This document shows, piece by piece, positions 19,747-29,813 of a DNA stretch of 64,000 bases. The first letter of the stretch is position 1. Each line of letters starts with the position of its first letter. This DNA is from Candidatus Eiseniibacteriota bacterium (lineage in GTDB: Bacteria; Eisenbacteria; RBG-16-71-46; CAIMUX01; VGJL01): contig JBHGAY010000005.1 of the NCBI GenBank assembly GCA_041946735.1, positions 1 through 64,000 of the forward strand, given 5' to 3'. The position numbers and the translations under genes were made by a program. Under the pieces are notes generated by a model. That model was not told the DNA's origin and made no database searches. It was given only the letters and a program-made list of their open reading frames with translations.

Positions 19747-22700
19747 TCATTTCAGCACCACCATCTTGCGGTTCGACTCGAAGCCCTCGGTCGCCATGCG
19801 TACCCAGTAGACGCCCGAGGCGACCGGGCGGTCGGCGTCGTCCCGCCCATCCCAGACGACCTCGTGCGGTCCCGGATCCATGCGGGCGTCGACCAGCGTG
19901 CGGACGCGCCGCCCCGTGACGTCCTCGATCTCGATCTTGACCGGGCCGCGGGCGGCCAGGCGGAAGGAGATCGCGGTGCGAGGATTGAAAGGATTCGGCC
20001 GATTCGGATAGAGCCGGTTCACGAGAACCTCCGCGCCGTTGTCGACGCCGCTGTTCTCCGCGTCGTCCCAGGTTCCCTCGCAGGTCCCGAGATCCTCCGC
20101 GCTCGTCAGATCCGGAATGCCCTGATAGCTGGAGACGTCGAATCCCCACTTGAGCGCGGCGCCGATCTCCGCGAGCGATCCCTGGACGACCGACGCTGTG
20201 GTACGGGGACAGCGGTCCTCCCCTTGTCCGCTCGGATCGCGCAGCGCCATGTGATGCCAGCTCACTCCGTCCAGGATCGTCCGGTAGTTGCCGCTCGCGC
20301 TGCTCTTCGTGATCTGCTCGTAGTAGCCCTCCTTCATGCCGTCCTCGGCGTAGTAGCTGCGGTTGCCGGCCGCGCCGTTTCGCGGCGAGTAGACATTGAA
20401 TCCGAGCAACGCCTGGCACCAGTTGCCCCAGGCGTCGACGTCCACGTCGGTCGGATAGGAACCGCCCTGCACCGGCAGCAGCCGCACGCAGTACGACTCG
20501 TTTTCCGGCGTGCAGTCGGGATCGGTTGTCATCCCGTTGAACGCGTCGCAGTCGAGTTGCGCGCCGAGCGTGTTGTTGAGGAACGGCAGGCCTTGCACCG
20601 GCAGTCCTTCGAGGATCTCTCCCGGCTTGTCCCCGTTCAGCGCGAAGACCTGGCGGTTGACGTTCGCCGCGCAGTCCGGGACGTTCAGCCACTGCTGGAA
20701 GAGCTGGAAGTCCGACTCCTCCATCGATCCCGAGTCGTAGGCGCCGGTGTTGACGAGGATGGCGCGATAGCCGAGGAGCTGGTTCAGCGTCATCCCGTTG
20801 TTGCTGCCGTTCACGATGCCGCGGGCGAAGGGGGCGTTCCAGTTCGAGGCCGCGTCGAGGTAGTCGTAACGGTCCCAGTGGCGGTCCTGCGGGATCCGGC
20901 AGCCGTCCTGTTCGAGGCAGGGGTCCTCGTCGTTGAGCAGGGTGCGCAGCGCGTTTTCGATGAAGAACTGCGCCCCGTAGTTGATCACGTCGATGTAGAG
21001 GGTCGCCGGCTGGTAGGCGCAGAAGCCGCAGCTCGGATCGTACGACTCCTGGATCCCGGGCAGGATCTCGAACTCGTAGAAGTACCCCCCTGAGGTGTCG
21101 GGATAGTAGAAGAGAATGTTTGGAGTGTTCGCGAAGTTCGACGTGATGAAGTACTGGATCCTCGATCCTGGCACCAGCACGTCGTCCCAGATCATCTCGT
21201 TCTCGGGCTGGTTCTCGCCGGCGAAGTCGTCGTCGTTCTCACGGAAGCAGGAAAGAAAGCGGTCCTTGACTGCGATGTTGCCGAGCTGGACCGAGTCCAT
21301 CCAGCCGAACGTGAACTGCGGCCGGTCCGGGCGGTCGATCAGCCGGCCGTCCGAGACCCTATCCTTCCAGGTCTTGTAGCGCGTCGGCACGCCGCCGACC
21401 TTGTCTGCCTGGAACGCGCCGCGCCTCGCGACCCGCCACCACATTCGCGCCTCCCACCTCGTGTTGGGATCGGACGAAGGGGCCGGTCCGCTGACGACGA
21501 GGCTGTCGCCGCACTTGTCGGGTCGGTCCTGGTTGTCCTGGAACTTGTCGAAGACCACGTTCGCCGGCGCCGGGGCCCGGACGTCGAAGAGCGTCGACGG
21601 CCAGCTCCCCCCGTCGGTGAACATCATGCCGTTGGGGAAGCGAACCTCCGGAGCATGCACGGCGGGGGTGGTGACGCCGACCGCGATGTTGTCGAGGAGC
21701 GGGGTGAAGTTCGTGATCCCGGTACAGTTGGTGATCTGGAACTCCACGCAATCGGACAGCAGCTCGAAGATCGCGATCACCTTCTGAGCGGACGAAGGAA
21801 CGGGCGTGCCTTCCACCTCGCTCGCGCCGTACCGTGCCGTGCCGCAGACGGGATCGGCGCCGAACCAGTTGAACGCGTCCTGGCCGATGCGGGGCGACCA
21901 TCCGACCGCGCCGGTGATCGGGCACGTATAGGGGTAGTACTTCCAGCCGGGCCGGATCATGACGCCGTTCTCGCGCGGCAGCTCCGCGTAGAGGTCGAAC
22001 TCCATGAAGATCGTCTTCAGGTCGGTGTTCCCCGTGTCGACGATCGGGCTCTCGATCCATACGTGCTGGCCGGCGGGGTGCTCCCCGGCGTCGCACAACC
22101 CGGCGTGCATCTCGATCACGTTGTTCGTCAGGCCGCAAGAGCAGGGATCGAGGATCGTGTAGCACCCGATATCCACCACGCTCGTATAGTGGCCGACCGG
22201 GCTGCACGAGGCCGGCGCCCATCCCTGGAGCCCGGTCTCGAAGTTGTACAGCTTCTGGATGCCTCCTCCGGAGATCGAGATCTCGTCCACCCCGAAGGGC
22301 CCATATTCGGTCGTGTAGAGACAGTCGTTGTCGTCGTACGCGCCGTCCGAGCGGAACTCGAAGACGAAGCGGATGTTCTGCGCGCCCCCGATCTCGGTTG
22401 CGCTGATCTGGCGGGTGAACGTCGCCGGGGCGTCCCAGCGTCCGATCGAATCGCTGAATCCGTCGGTCCACATGACGTTGTTCTCGCAATCCCCCTGGAC
22501 CGTGGCGTTCAGCAGCACCTCCTCGTTCGTCTGCCGCCTCAGATAGACCTGGGTGCCGTCGAAACAGGGCTCGCTGTCCTGGAAATACCGGAACGTCAAC
22601 GTCACCGAGCCGTTCCCGTTGTATGGAATCGACTCGGACTGGATGCGCTGGCACATTTCGGGACCGTAGCCGGCTCCGCAGGCCCAGCAAAGAGTCTCGG

Positions 22701-23148
22701 ATTGCGGAAGATCCCCGCCGATCCAGAGGCTCTTCGTCCCCTCGATGATCGGAGCGGGAAGACCTCCACCCACGTTCAGCGAGCTGTCGATGACACGAAA
22801 GTAGTTCTCCTCGTTCGTCGTCAGATCGCGCGCCGCCCACCCTTCCCCGTTGTCGAGCCGGGCAGGATCGCCGATCGGACCGGTGCCGCGGTCGAAGGTC
22901 CACATCACCGAGGACTTCGTCGCGCCCGGCACCGCGTAGTATTCCCCTGCGATGACCTGGAATCCCCCATACCAGGTCGTATCGGCGGCCCGCAGATTCG
23001 CGTCCTGTGCGGTCCGCGGCGGCGCATCCCCCCGTCTCTCGCCCAGTACGGCGCGTTCCGTCAGGATCCGAGGCTTCGTCGAAACAGCTTCCGTGATGCA
23101 CGGCAGGATCAGGCAAAGGAAGGCCAGAAACACGGTGATCGGTCTCAC
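19747..23148 (-). CDS. Large Cys-rich secreted protein with C-terminal FlgD-Ig/T9SS-like domain (paralog 1)
   Basis: GTG start after RBS GAGGAG; signal peptide VRPITVFLAFLCLILPC; tail NRPNPFNPRTAISF...WDGRDD...SGVYWVRM...RKMVVLK. Confidence 0.85.
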   Translation of the reverse strand: MRPITVFLAFLCLILPCITEAVSTKPRILTERAVLGERRGDAPPRTAQDANLRAADTTWYGGFQVIAGEYYAVPGATKSSVMWTFDRGTGPIGDPARLDNGEGWAARDLTTNEENYFRVIDSSLNVGGGLPAPIIEGTKSLWIGGDLPQSETLCWACGAGYGPEMCQRIQSESIPYNGNGSVTLTFRYFQDSEPCFDGTQVYLRRQTNEEVLLNATVQGDCENNVMWTDGFSDSIGRWDAPATFTRQISATEIGGAQNIRFVFEFRSDGAYDDNDCLYTTEYGPFGVDEISISGGGIQKLYNFETGLQGWAPASCSPVGHYTSVVDIGCYTILDPCSCGLTNNVIEMHAGLCDAGEHPAGQHVWIESPIVDTGNTDLKTIFMEFDLYAELPRENGVMIRPGWKYYPYTCPITGAVGWSPRIGQDAFNWFGADPVCGTARYGASEVEGTPVPSSAQKVIAIFELLSDCVEFQITNCTGITNFTPLLDNIAVGVTTPAVHAPEVRFPNGMMFTDGGSWPSTLFDVRAPAPANVVFDKFQDNQDRPDKCGDSLVVSGPAPSSDPNTRWEARMWWRVARRGAFQADKVGGVPTRYKTWKDRVSDGRLIDRPDRPQFTFGWMDSVQLGNIAVKDRFLSCFRENDDDFAGENQPENEMIWDDVLVPGSRIQYFITSNFANTPNILFYYPDTSGGYFYEFEILPGIQESYDPSCGFCAYQPATLYIDVINYGAQFFIENALRTLLNDEDPCLEQDGCRIPQDRHWDRYDYLDAASNWNAPFARGIVNGSNNGMTLNQLLGYRAILVNTGAYDSGSMEESDFQLFQQWLNVPDCAANVNRQVFALNGDKPGEILEGLPVQGLPFLNNTLGAQLDCDAFNGMTTDPDCTPENESYCVRLLPVQGGSYPTDVDVDAWGNWCQALLGFNVYSPRNGAAGNRSYYAEDGMKEGYYEQITKSSASGNYRTILDGVSWHHMALRDPSGQGEDRCPRTTASVVQGSLAEIGAALKWGFDVSSYQGIPDLTSAEDLGTCEGTWDDAENSGVDNGAEVLVNRLYPNRPNPFNPRTAISFRLAARGPVKIEIEDVTGRRVRTLVDARMDPGPHEVVWDGRDDADRPVASGVYWVRMATEGFESNRKMVVLK

Positions 23149-23465
23149 GGCCTGCTCCTCCTGCGGCCCCGCAAGGCCGCCGGCGAGGGGATCCAACCCT
23201 CTGCGCACATGGAGACGCGCATCCCCCTGGGGTTTCCATGCTTGGTCACCCGGCGATCGAGAGCCGGCGAGCATCACCCCCTTCGAGCCGCGCGGGTGGC
23301 GCGCGGCGGGCATCGGCGCGGCGCCGGCCGCCGGATGCAGCTCGAAGATGCGGGCGCGTGGCGCGACCGGGCCGTTCTCTTCCTGAGGGGGGACGACCGC
23401 CTGCCGGGGGCCGCGAGAGGGGGGTACGGCCGCGGGAGCGGCAGGCATTGGATCTGACGACCCAG

Positions 23466-23494
23466 ACGATACGACCGTGCGGGAGGACGGTCAA
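23466..23494 (-). promoter_or_regulatory. Putative sigma70-type promoter TTGACC-N17-TATCGT
   Basis: Minus strand reads TTGACC GTCCTCCCGCACGGTCG TATCGT, upstream of paralog 1. Confidence 0.45.
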
Positions 23495-23611
23495 GGGGAT
23501 TTCACGAAGGAATGTGAAAGCCAGGCACGCAGGGAGGGCGGGCGCCCCGCGAGAAGGCCGGCGCCGCGTCTCACACGGCCGCCGGCCTCCCCAACGATCG
23601 ATCCTCCTGTT

Positions 23612-26600
23612 CTAGCGCAGGACGATCATCTTCTTGCTGGAGCGGTAGGAGCCGGCGGTCATCTGGCTCCAGAAGACGCCGGAACCAACCGGATGCCCGC
23701 CGTCATCGTTGCCGTCCCAAATCACCTCCTGCTCCCCGGCCGGGCAGGGCGCGTCGATCAGCGTTCGCACGTGCCGTCCCTGCGCATCGAAGATCTCGAT
23801 CGTCACCCTTGCGGCCGCCGCCAGGCCGAAGCGGATCGCCGTGCGCGGATTGAACGGGTTGGGCCGGTTCTGAAGCAGGCGGGTGGTGAGGGTTGGCGAG
23901 CCGTCGGCCGCGCCGGCCGGCAGGTCGGGTGCCCCCTCGCATTGCATCAGATCCATGGCGCTCGAAAGCCGCGGGATCTGCTCCGTGCTGGTCACGCCGA
24001 AGCCCCACTTCAGGGCAGCAGCGATCTCCGCCGCCGCTCCCCCGATGATGTCCGGGGCATCGCGCGGGCACGGATCGCCGCCGGCGTCGCGAAGCGTCAT
24101 GTGGGACCACGCGACCCCGTCGAGGATCGTGCGGTAGTTGGACGCGACGTTTTCGTGAACGATTTGTGAGAACGAGGCGTCCTTCAGTCCGTCCTCGGCG
24201 TGGTAGGTGCGGTTGCCGATGCCGCTCCCGACCGGACGCAGCACGTCGAACCCGTACTGGTTGGGACACGCGTTGCCGTAGGCGTCGACGTCCGCGTCGA
24301 CGCCGAAGGGGCCGCCCGGTACGGGGAGCAGTCGCAGGCAGTAGGAGTCGTTCTCCGGGAGACAGTCCGGGTCCCAGGATTCGCCGTGGAACGCGTCACA
24401 GAAGAGCGAGGCGCCGAGGACGTTCTGCAGGAAAGCGGGCGCGATATCCTCGAGCAACTCGCCGGTGTTGTCGCCGTTCATGTAGAGAACCTGGGGCGAG
24501 AGGTTCGATCCGCAGTCGGACGTCGTGAGCCATTGCTCGAAAAGCGCGAAGTCCGCGGGATCCATCGCTCCCGCTCCCATTTCCCCGGCGCCGATCAGGA
24601 TCGCGCGGTACCCGAGGATCTGGCTCAGAGTCATTCCGTTGTTCGATCCGGCGATCGCGCCGCGGGCGAACGGCGCTCCCCAGCAGGCGCAGCTCGCGTA
24701 GTCATAGCGGTCCCAGTTGCGATCGTAAGGCGGGTCGCAACCCTGCGCTTCCTGGCACGGTGGGACCCCGTTCAGGACCTGCGCGAGGGCGCTCTCGACG
24801 ATGCGCTCGTTCGAGCTGGAGTTGTGAGCGTCGATGAAGAGGGTGGCCGGCTGATAGGCGCACCAGTCGAATCCCACGCCCCCGCAGTTCTCGACAAACG
24901 CGTTGCGGACGCCGGGAAGCACCTCCGCTTCGAAGAAGTGCCCTCCGGTTGTGTCCGGGTAGTAGTAGAAGTCGTTCGGGGTGGCGACGAAGTTCGATGT
25001 CACGAAGTACTGGATTCGCGTCCCCGGAACGAAGACGTCGTCCCAGAGCATCTCGTTCTCGGAGTTGCCTTCGCCGACGAAGTCGTCATCGTTCTCGCGA
25101 AACGCGGAGACGAACTTGTTCTTCCAGACGAGGGTCCCGACCTGGACCGAGTCCATCCAGCCGAACGTGAACTCCGGCCTGTACGGGCGGTCGATCTTCT
25201 TGCCGTCGGAGACCCGCTCCTTCCAGACCTTGTAGCGCGTGGCGACCCCGTTCTCCTTGTCCGACTGGAACGGACCCCGGCGCTCGATCCTCCACCAGAG
25301 TCGCGACTCCCATCGCGTGTCGGCGGTCGGAATCGGCCCGCTCACGACCAGGCTGTCGCCCATGTGGGTGGCGTGCTCCGGGCTCCCGAGGGTCTTGTCG
25401 TACTCGGTGTTCATCGGTCCCGGGGCACGGACGTCGAAGAGGTTGCTCGGATAGCTGCCGATGTCCTGGAAGTACATGCCGGTCTCGAATGCGACGGTCG
25501 GGCCGTTGTAGGCCGGCATGGCGCCGATCGCGAAATTGTCGAACAGCGGTGTGGGATTGGTGATGCCCGTGCAGTTCGTGATCGTGAACGCCGAGCAGCT
25601 CGCCTGGATCTCGATCAGCGCCCGCAGCTTCTCGACCGTCGGCGGGACGGGCACGCCGCTGCCGCCGAGGTAGGTCGCACCGTAGCGTTGCGACAAGCAG
25701 ACGGTCGTCTCCCCGAGATAGTTCCAGCCGTTCAGCCCGACGCGGGGCGACCAGATCGTCTCGCCGTTGCAGTCGTAGGGGTAGTAGGACCAGCCGGGCC
25801 GGAAGAGGACTCCGTTCTCCAGCGGCAGATCGGCATACAGATCCAAGTCGAGGAAGATGTTCTTCGGCAGCACGTCGGGGAACGCGACGATCGGGGAGAC
25901 GAGCATGATGTACTGGCCATCCGGATGCGTGCCTTCGTCGCACTCTCCCTCGTGGAATTCCAGGATGTTGCCGGAGAGCCGGCACATGCAGGGATCGAGG
26001 ATCGTGTAGCAGTCGACGTCCGCGACGCCGGCGAAGTGGCCGAGGCCCGGGTTGATCGAGGCGGTCCAGCCGGAGAGGCCGCTCTCGAAGTCGTAGGTCG
26101 CTGCGATCCCTCCCCCTTGCACCGACACGTCATCGGCGCCGAACGCGCCCAGCTCGCTGTCATAGTTGCCGTCCTCGTCCGACCATCCGCCGTCGGAGAG
26201 GAACTCGAAGACGATGCGCACCTGCTGCGCGGCGCCGATCTCTCCTTGAGTGATCGTCCGCGTGTAGGTCGTCGGGGAGATGACGCCGGTAAATCCCCCG
26301 CTCCAGCCGGGATCGCAGGGGCCAGCCTCGCTGTTCAGGAGTAGCTCGTCTCCGTTCGCGCGCTGGAGGATCACGCGCGTTCCGTCGAAGCACTCCTCGG
26401 CGTCGCTGAAGTAGCGGAAGCTGAGGGTGACGTTACCGCTGCCGTTGTACGACAGGGGAGGGGAGGCGACGCGTTGCCCCCACTGATTGCCGTACCCGGC
26501 GCCGGCGGGCCAGCAATGGTCGACCGCGTACGGTCGATCCGCGCCTACCCAGAGGGAGCGGGCTCCGCTCATGATGGGAGGCGGCGGGCCACCGAGATCC

Positions 26601-26959
26601 AGGGTGGCGTCGATCACGCGGAAGAATGCCTCGTCGCCGCCGGCGGTCATGTCGATCGCCGCCCAGCCTTCACCCCCGTCGATTACGCGCGGGTCGCCCA
26701 TCGGACCGATTCCGCGGTCGAAGGTCCACATCACGTCCGACTTCTCACTGCCGGACACCGCGTAGTACTCGCCGCCGATCAGCTGGTAGGACCCGTACCA
26801 GGTCGTGTCGGCGCGAAGGGATGCGGCCGGGGGACTCCAGGAGTCGGACGGCGAGGCCACGGGGTAGGTTTCGGGCGAACGGGCAAACAAGGGAAGGGAG
26901 ATGGCGAAGAGGAGGAAGGCCAGGAGGGCGGCACGGCACAAAGGAACGGAAGGTTTCAT
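23612..26959 (-). CDS. Large Cys-rich secreted protein with C-terminal FlgD-Ig/T9SS-like domain (paralog 2)
   Basis: Signal peptide MKPSVPLCRAALLAFLLFAISLPLFA; colinear with paralog 1 (ADTTWYG, VMWTFDRG, CYTILDPC, FTFGWMDSVQ, WDRYDY, SNNGMTL); tail NRPNPFNPRT...WDGND. Confidence 0.85.
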   Translation of the reverse strand: MKPSVPLCRAALLAFLLFAISLPLFARSPETYPVASPSDSWSPPAASLRADTTWYGSYQLIGGEYYAVSGSEKSDVMWTFDRGIGPMGDPRVIDGGEGWAAIDMTAGGDEAFFRVIDATLDLGGPPPPIMSGARSLWVGADRPYAVDHCWPAGAGYGNQWGQRVASPPLSYNGSGNVTLSFRYFSDAEECFDGTRVILQRANGDELLLNSEAGPCDPGWSGGFTGVISPTTYTRTITQGEIGAAQQVRIVFEFLSDGGWSDEDGNYDSELGAFGADDVSVQGGGIAATYDFESGLSGWTASINPGLGHFAGVADVDCYTILDPCMCRLSGNILEFHEGECDEGTHPDGQYIMLVSPIVAFPDVLPKNIFLDLDLYADLPLENGVLFRPGWSYYPYDCNGETIWSPRVGLNGWNYLGETTVCLSQRYGATYLGGSGVPVPPTVEKLRALIEIQASCSAFTITNCTGITNPTPLFDNFAIGAMPAYNGPTVAFETGMYFQDIGSYPSNLFDVRAPGPMNTEYDKTLGSPEHATHMGDSLVVSGPIPTADTRWESRLWWRIERRGPFQSDKENGVATRYKVWKERVSDGKKIDRPYRPEFTFGWMDSVQVGTLVWKNKFVSAFRENDDDFVGEGNSENEMLWDDVFVPGTRIQYFVTSNFVATPNDFYYYPDTTGGHFFEAEVLPGVRNAFVENCGGVGFDWCAYQPATLFIDAHNSSSNERIVESALAQVLNGVPPCQEAQGCDPPYDRNWDRYDYASCACWGAPFARGAIAGSNNGMTLSQILGYRAILIGAGEMGAGAMDPADFALFEQWLTTSDCGSNLSPQVLYMNGDNTGELLEDIAPAFLQNVLGASLFCDAFHGESWDPDCLPENDSYCLRLLPVPGGPFGVDADVDAYGNACPNQYGFDVLRPVGSGIGNRTYHAEDGLKDASFSQIVHENVASNYRTILDGVAWSHMTLRDAGGDPCPRDAPDIIGGAAAEIAAALKWGFGVTSTEQIPRLSSAMDLMQCEGAPDLPAGAADGSPTLTTRLLQNRPNPFNPRTAIRFGLAAAARVTIEIFDAQGRHVRTLIDAPCPAGEQEVIWDGNDDGGHPVGSGVFWSQMTAGSYRSSKKMIVLR

Positions 26960-27346
26960 TGCAGGCTCCCGGGTATCAAACACGGCACTCTTCGGCCCGG
27001 GCGGCCCTTGCAGGATGCGAAGATTCGAAGCGCGGGACCGCCCGATCGGGAACGACCCAACCCCTTGCTGGAAATATCCGAGCCCGGATACCGCGCCAAT
27101 AAGGATAGCCGGACCGCGGTGCGGTTGCAATGCGGGATCTCCTTCGCAAGCCGGAGGGAGAGCACCGGAAGCCGCCAAGACCGCCTCGATGTCGGATCGT
27201 CCATGAAGAAGGCGATCGCGAACGGACGTCGGGGATCCCTAGGTGCCGCCACCATGGACAGCACGACGTCGGGTCCCGCTTCCTATACTGGAGGAGACGC
27301 AGAGGGCGAGGGGCCAATGGACCACCACGGCAAGAGGAGGAACAGA

Positions 27347-27829
27347 ATGTCCCCCAAGAAACGTCTCTATTGGACGGCCGCGGTAACGATCCTCGGCGCC
27401 CTGTGCGCATCCGTCTCGTTCCCGATCGATGCCGGCGCCCAGGGCCGCGTCCTCGGAGGTGTGCGGACCGGATACTACTTCGATCAGGAAGACGCTTTCC
27501 TTGGAGCCGAGCTGCTCACACAAGCGGCCGATCGGCTCTACTTCAACCCAAACGTCGAGTACGTTTTCGTCGAAAATGGCTCGTACCTGACGCTCAACGG
27601 CGACTTCCACTACGACCTCGCGTCGGGCGGATCGAGCATGTTCTGGCTTGGCGCTGGTCTGGCCGGCCTGATGCGTAATCCCGACGGGCCAGGGTCGGAC
27701 AACAACCTTGGAGCGAACGTCATGCTGGGGATGGGCGCGTCGGCGGGCTCGGTGATCCCCTACCTGCAGCTGAAGTTCATCCTCAGCGACAACACCGAAA
27801 CGTCGCTCGCAGCCGGCCTCCGGTTCTGA
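27347..27829 (+). CDS. Small outer-membrane beta-barrel protein
   Basis: Signal peptide ending AGA-Q; alternating beta strands (YFNPNVEYVF, NGDFHY); C-terminal AGLRF; RBS GAGGAGG. Confidence 0.8.
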   Translation: MSPKKRLYWTAAVTILGALCASVSFPIDAGAQGRVLGGVRTGYYFDQEDAFLGAELLTQAADRLYFNPNVEYVFVENGSYLTLNGDFHYDLASGGSSMFWLGAGLAGLMRNPDGPGSDNNLGANVMLGMGASAGSVIPYLQLKFILSDNTETSLAAGLRF

Positions 27830-28008
27830 CGCGGCTTGCCGACCGCGGGCGCCCGTTCTTCGTGATCCCTACCATCTTTCCAAGAGCGAAGGACCGGTTC
27901 CAAGGGAGCGAAGGACCGGCGCCCGCGGTGCGGGCCCTCTCCTCCGCCTCCTCCGGGAAGACGGAGGCCGGACCGATTCGGGGGAGGACGGGAAGGAGGT
28001 AGCAGAAG

Positions 28009-28530
28009 ATGGATCTTTCCGGAAAGAGGATCGGGGTCCTGGTGGAGGACCTCTATCAGGACCTGGAGGTCTGGTATCCGGTCTTGCGCTTTCGCGAAGC
28101 GGGAGCGCAGGTGCGCATCATCGGCCCGGAAAAGAAGGAGTACATGTCGAAGCACGGCTATCCGGTCGAAGCGGACGCAGAGGCTTCGGACGTCCGAGCG
28201 GAAGACCTGGATGCTTTGATCATTCCTGGGGGCTACGCTCCGGATCGAATGCGCCGGCATGCGCCGATGGTCGACCTTGTCCGGCGCTGTTCGGAACTCG
28301 GGAAAGTGCTCGGCGTGATCTGTCATGGCGGCTGGATGCTCGCCTCTGCGGACGTCCTCGCCGGCCGAACGGTCACCGGGTTCTTCGCGATCAAGGATGA
28401 TCTCGTCCATGCAGGCGCTCGTTACGAGGACCGCGAAGTGATCCGGGACGGCAACTTGATCACTTCTCGAAAGCCGGAGGATCTCCCCGCCTTCTGCCGG
28501 ACGATCGTCCAGGCGCTCGCCACCTCCTGA
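28009..28530 (+). CDS. pfpI: DJ-1/PfpI family protein (class I glutamine amidotransferase-like)
   Basis: YQDLEVWYP, IIPGGYAPD, ICHGGW nucleophile elbow, DGNLITSRKPEDL. Confidence 0.9.
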   Translation: MDLSGKRIGVLVEDLYQDLEVWYPVLRFREAGAQVRIIGPEKKEYMSKHGYPVEADAEASDVRAEDLDALIIPGGYAPDRMRRHAPMVDLVRRCSELGKVLGVICHGGWMLASADVLAGRTVTGFFAIKDDLVHAGARYEDREVIRDGNLITSRKPEDLPAFCRTIVQALATS

Positions 28531-28605
28531 AAGAGAGACGGCGCGCCGCCACGCGGATAGCGGGACGCTGCTTCGGAATACACAGAGAAAGAAGGAACTC
28601 CAGAA

Positions 28606-29652
28606 ATGAATCAAATCCGCGTCGGAATCAACGGATTCGGGCGTATCGGACGATGCGCATTCAAGCAGTTCGTGGATCGGCAGAGGTTCCGGATCGTCGG
28701 GATCAACGATCTCGCGGACATCGGCGATCTAGCCTATCTGCTCAAATACGATTCGGTGCATGGGTGGTATCCGCTGAAGGTCTCCAGCGGCAAAGATGAG
28801 ATCCGGGTGGACGATCAGGCGATCCCCTTCTTCTCGATCGCCGATCCGTCGCAGCTTCCCTGGAAGGATCTCCGTGCCGATGTCGTGATCGAGTGCACGG
28901 GGGCCTTCCGGACGAAAGCGAAGGCGAGCGCCCACCTGAAGGGAGGGGCGAAGGTCGTCGTCATCTCCGCGCCTTCGGACGATGCGGACGGCACCTTCCT
29001 CATGGGAATCAACGCGGATCAGTTCGACCCGAGCCGGCACCAGGTCGTCTCCATGGCGTCCTGCACCACGAACTGCCTTGCGCCCGTCGCAAAGGTCCTG
29101 AACGATTCCTTCGGTGTCGAGCACATCATGTTCACCACGGTGCACGCCTACACGTCGAGCCAGTCGTTGATGGACGAGCCGGTGCGGAAGCGGAGGCGCG
29201 GCCGGGCGGCCGCACTTTCCATCGTCCCGACCACGACGGGGGCCGCGCAGGCGACGACGCGCGTCCTGCCCGAGCTGGAAGGACGAATCGACGGGATGGC
29301 GATGCGGGTGCCGGTTCCGGACGGGTCGATCACGGACATCGTGGCCCTCCTGAAGAAGGAGGTGACGGCCGAATCGGTGAATGACGCGCTGCGCCAGGCT
29401 GCCGGATCGAAGCCGCTCCGCGGGATCTTGCGCGTGACCGACGAAGCGCTCGTGTCGCGGGACATCCTCGGCGACACCCACTCTTCGATCGTCGACAGCG
29501 ACTCGACCATGGTCCTGCGGGATCGAGTCGCGAAGGTGCTGTCCTGGTACGACAACGAATGGGGGTACGCCGCGCGGCTCGTCGACTTCGCGGGTCTCGT
29601 AGGAGAGAAAATCGCCTCGGGCAGGCAGCCCGAACCCTCGCTCACCCGGTAG
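28606..29652 (+). CDS. gap: Type I glyceraldehyde-3-phosphate dehydrogenase
   Basis: GINGFGRIGR, LLKYDSVHG, ASCTTNCLAP, TTGAA, RVPVPDGS, SWYDNEWGY. Confidence 0.95.
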   Translation: MNQIRVGINGFGRIGRCAFKQFVDRQRFRIVGINDLADIGDLAYLLKYDSVHGWYPLKVSSGKDEIRVDDQAIPFFSIADPSQLPWKDLRADVVIECTGAFRTKAKASAHLKGGAKVVVISAPSDDADGTFLMGINADQFDPSRHQVVSMASCTTNCLAPVAKVLNDSFGVEHIMFTTVHAYTSSQSLMDEPVRKRRRGRAAALSIVPTTTGAAQATTRVLPELEGRIDGMAMRVPVPDGSITDIVALLKKEVTAESVNDALRQAAGSKPLRGILRVTDEALVSRDILGDTHSSIVDSDSTMVLRDRVAKVLSWYDNEWGYAARLVDFAGLVGEKIASGRQPEPSLTR

Positions 29653-29813
29653 CACACTCTCGTACGTTGCCGGCGAAGGAGACGAGGCGGTTCGCGAAGC
29701 CGGACGAGGGCATCGGCGCGGCACGTTCGCCGATTGACCTCTCGATCGCGCGCGACCTACACTCGGCGCACGTCACCGCCTCGTTTCGTCTCCTTCACGC
29801 GAGGAGGTTCTCT

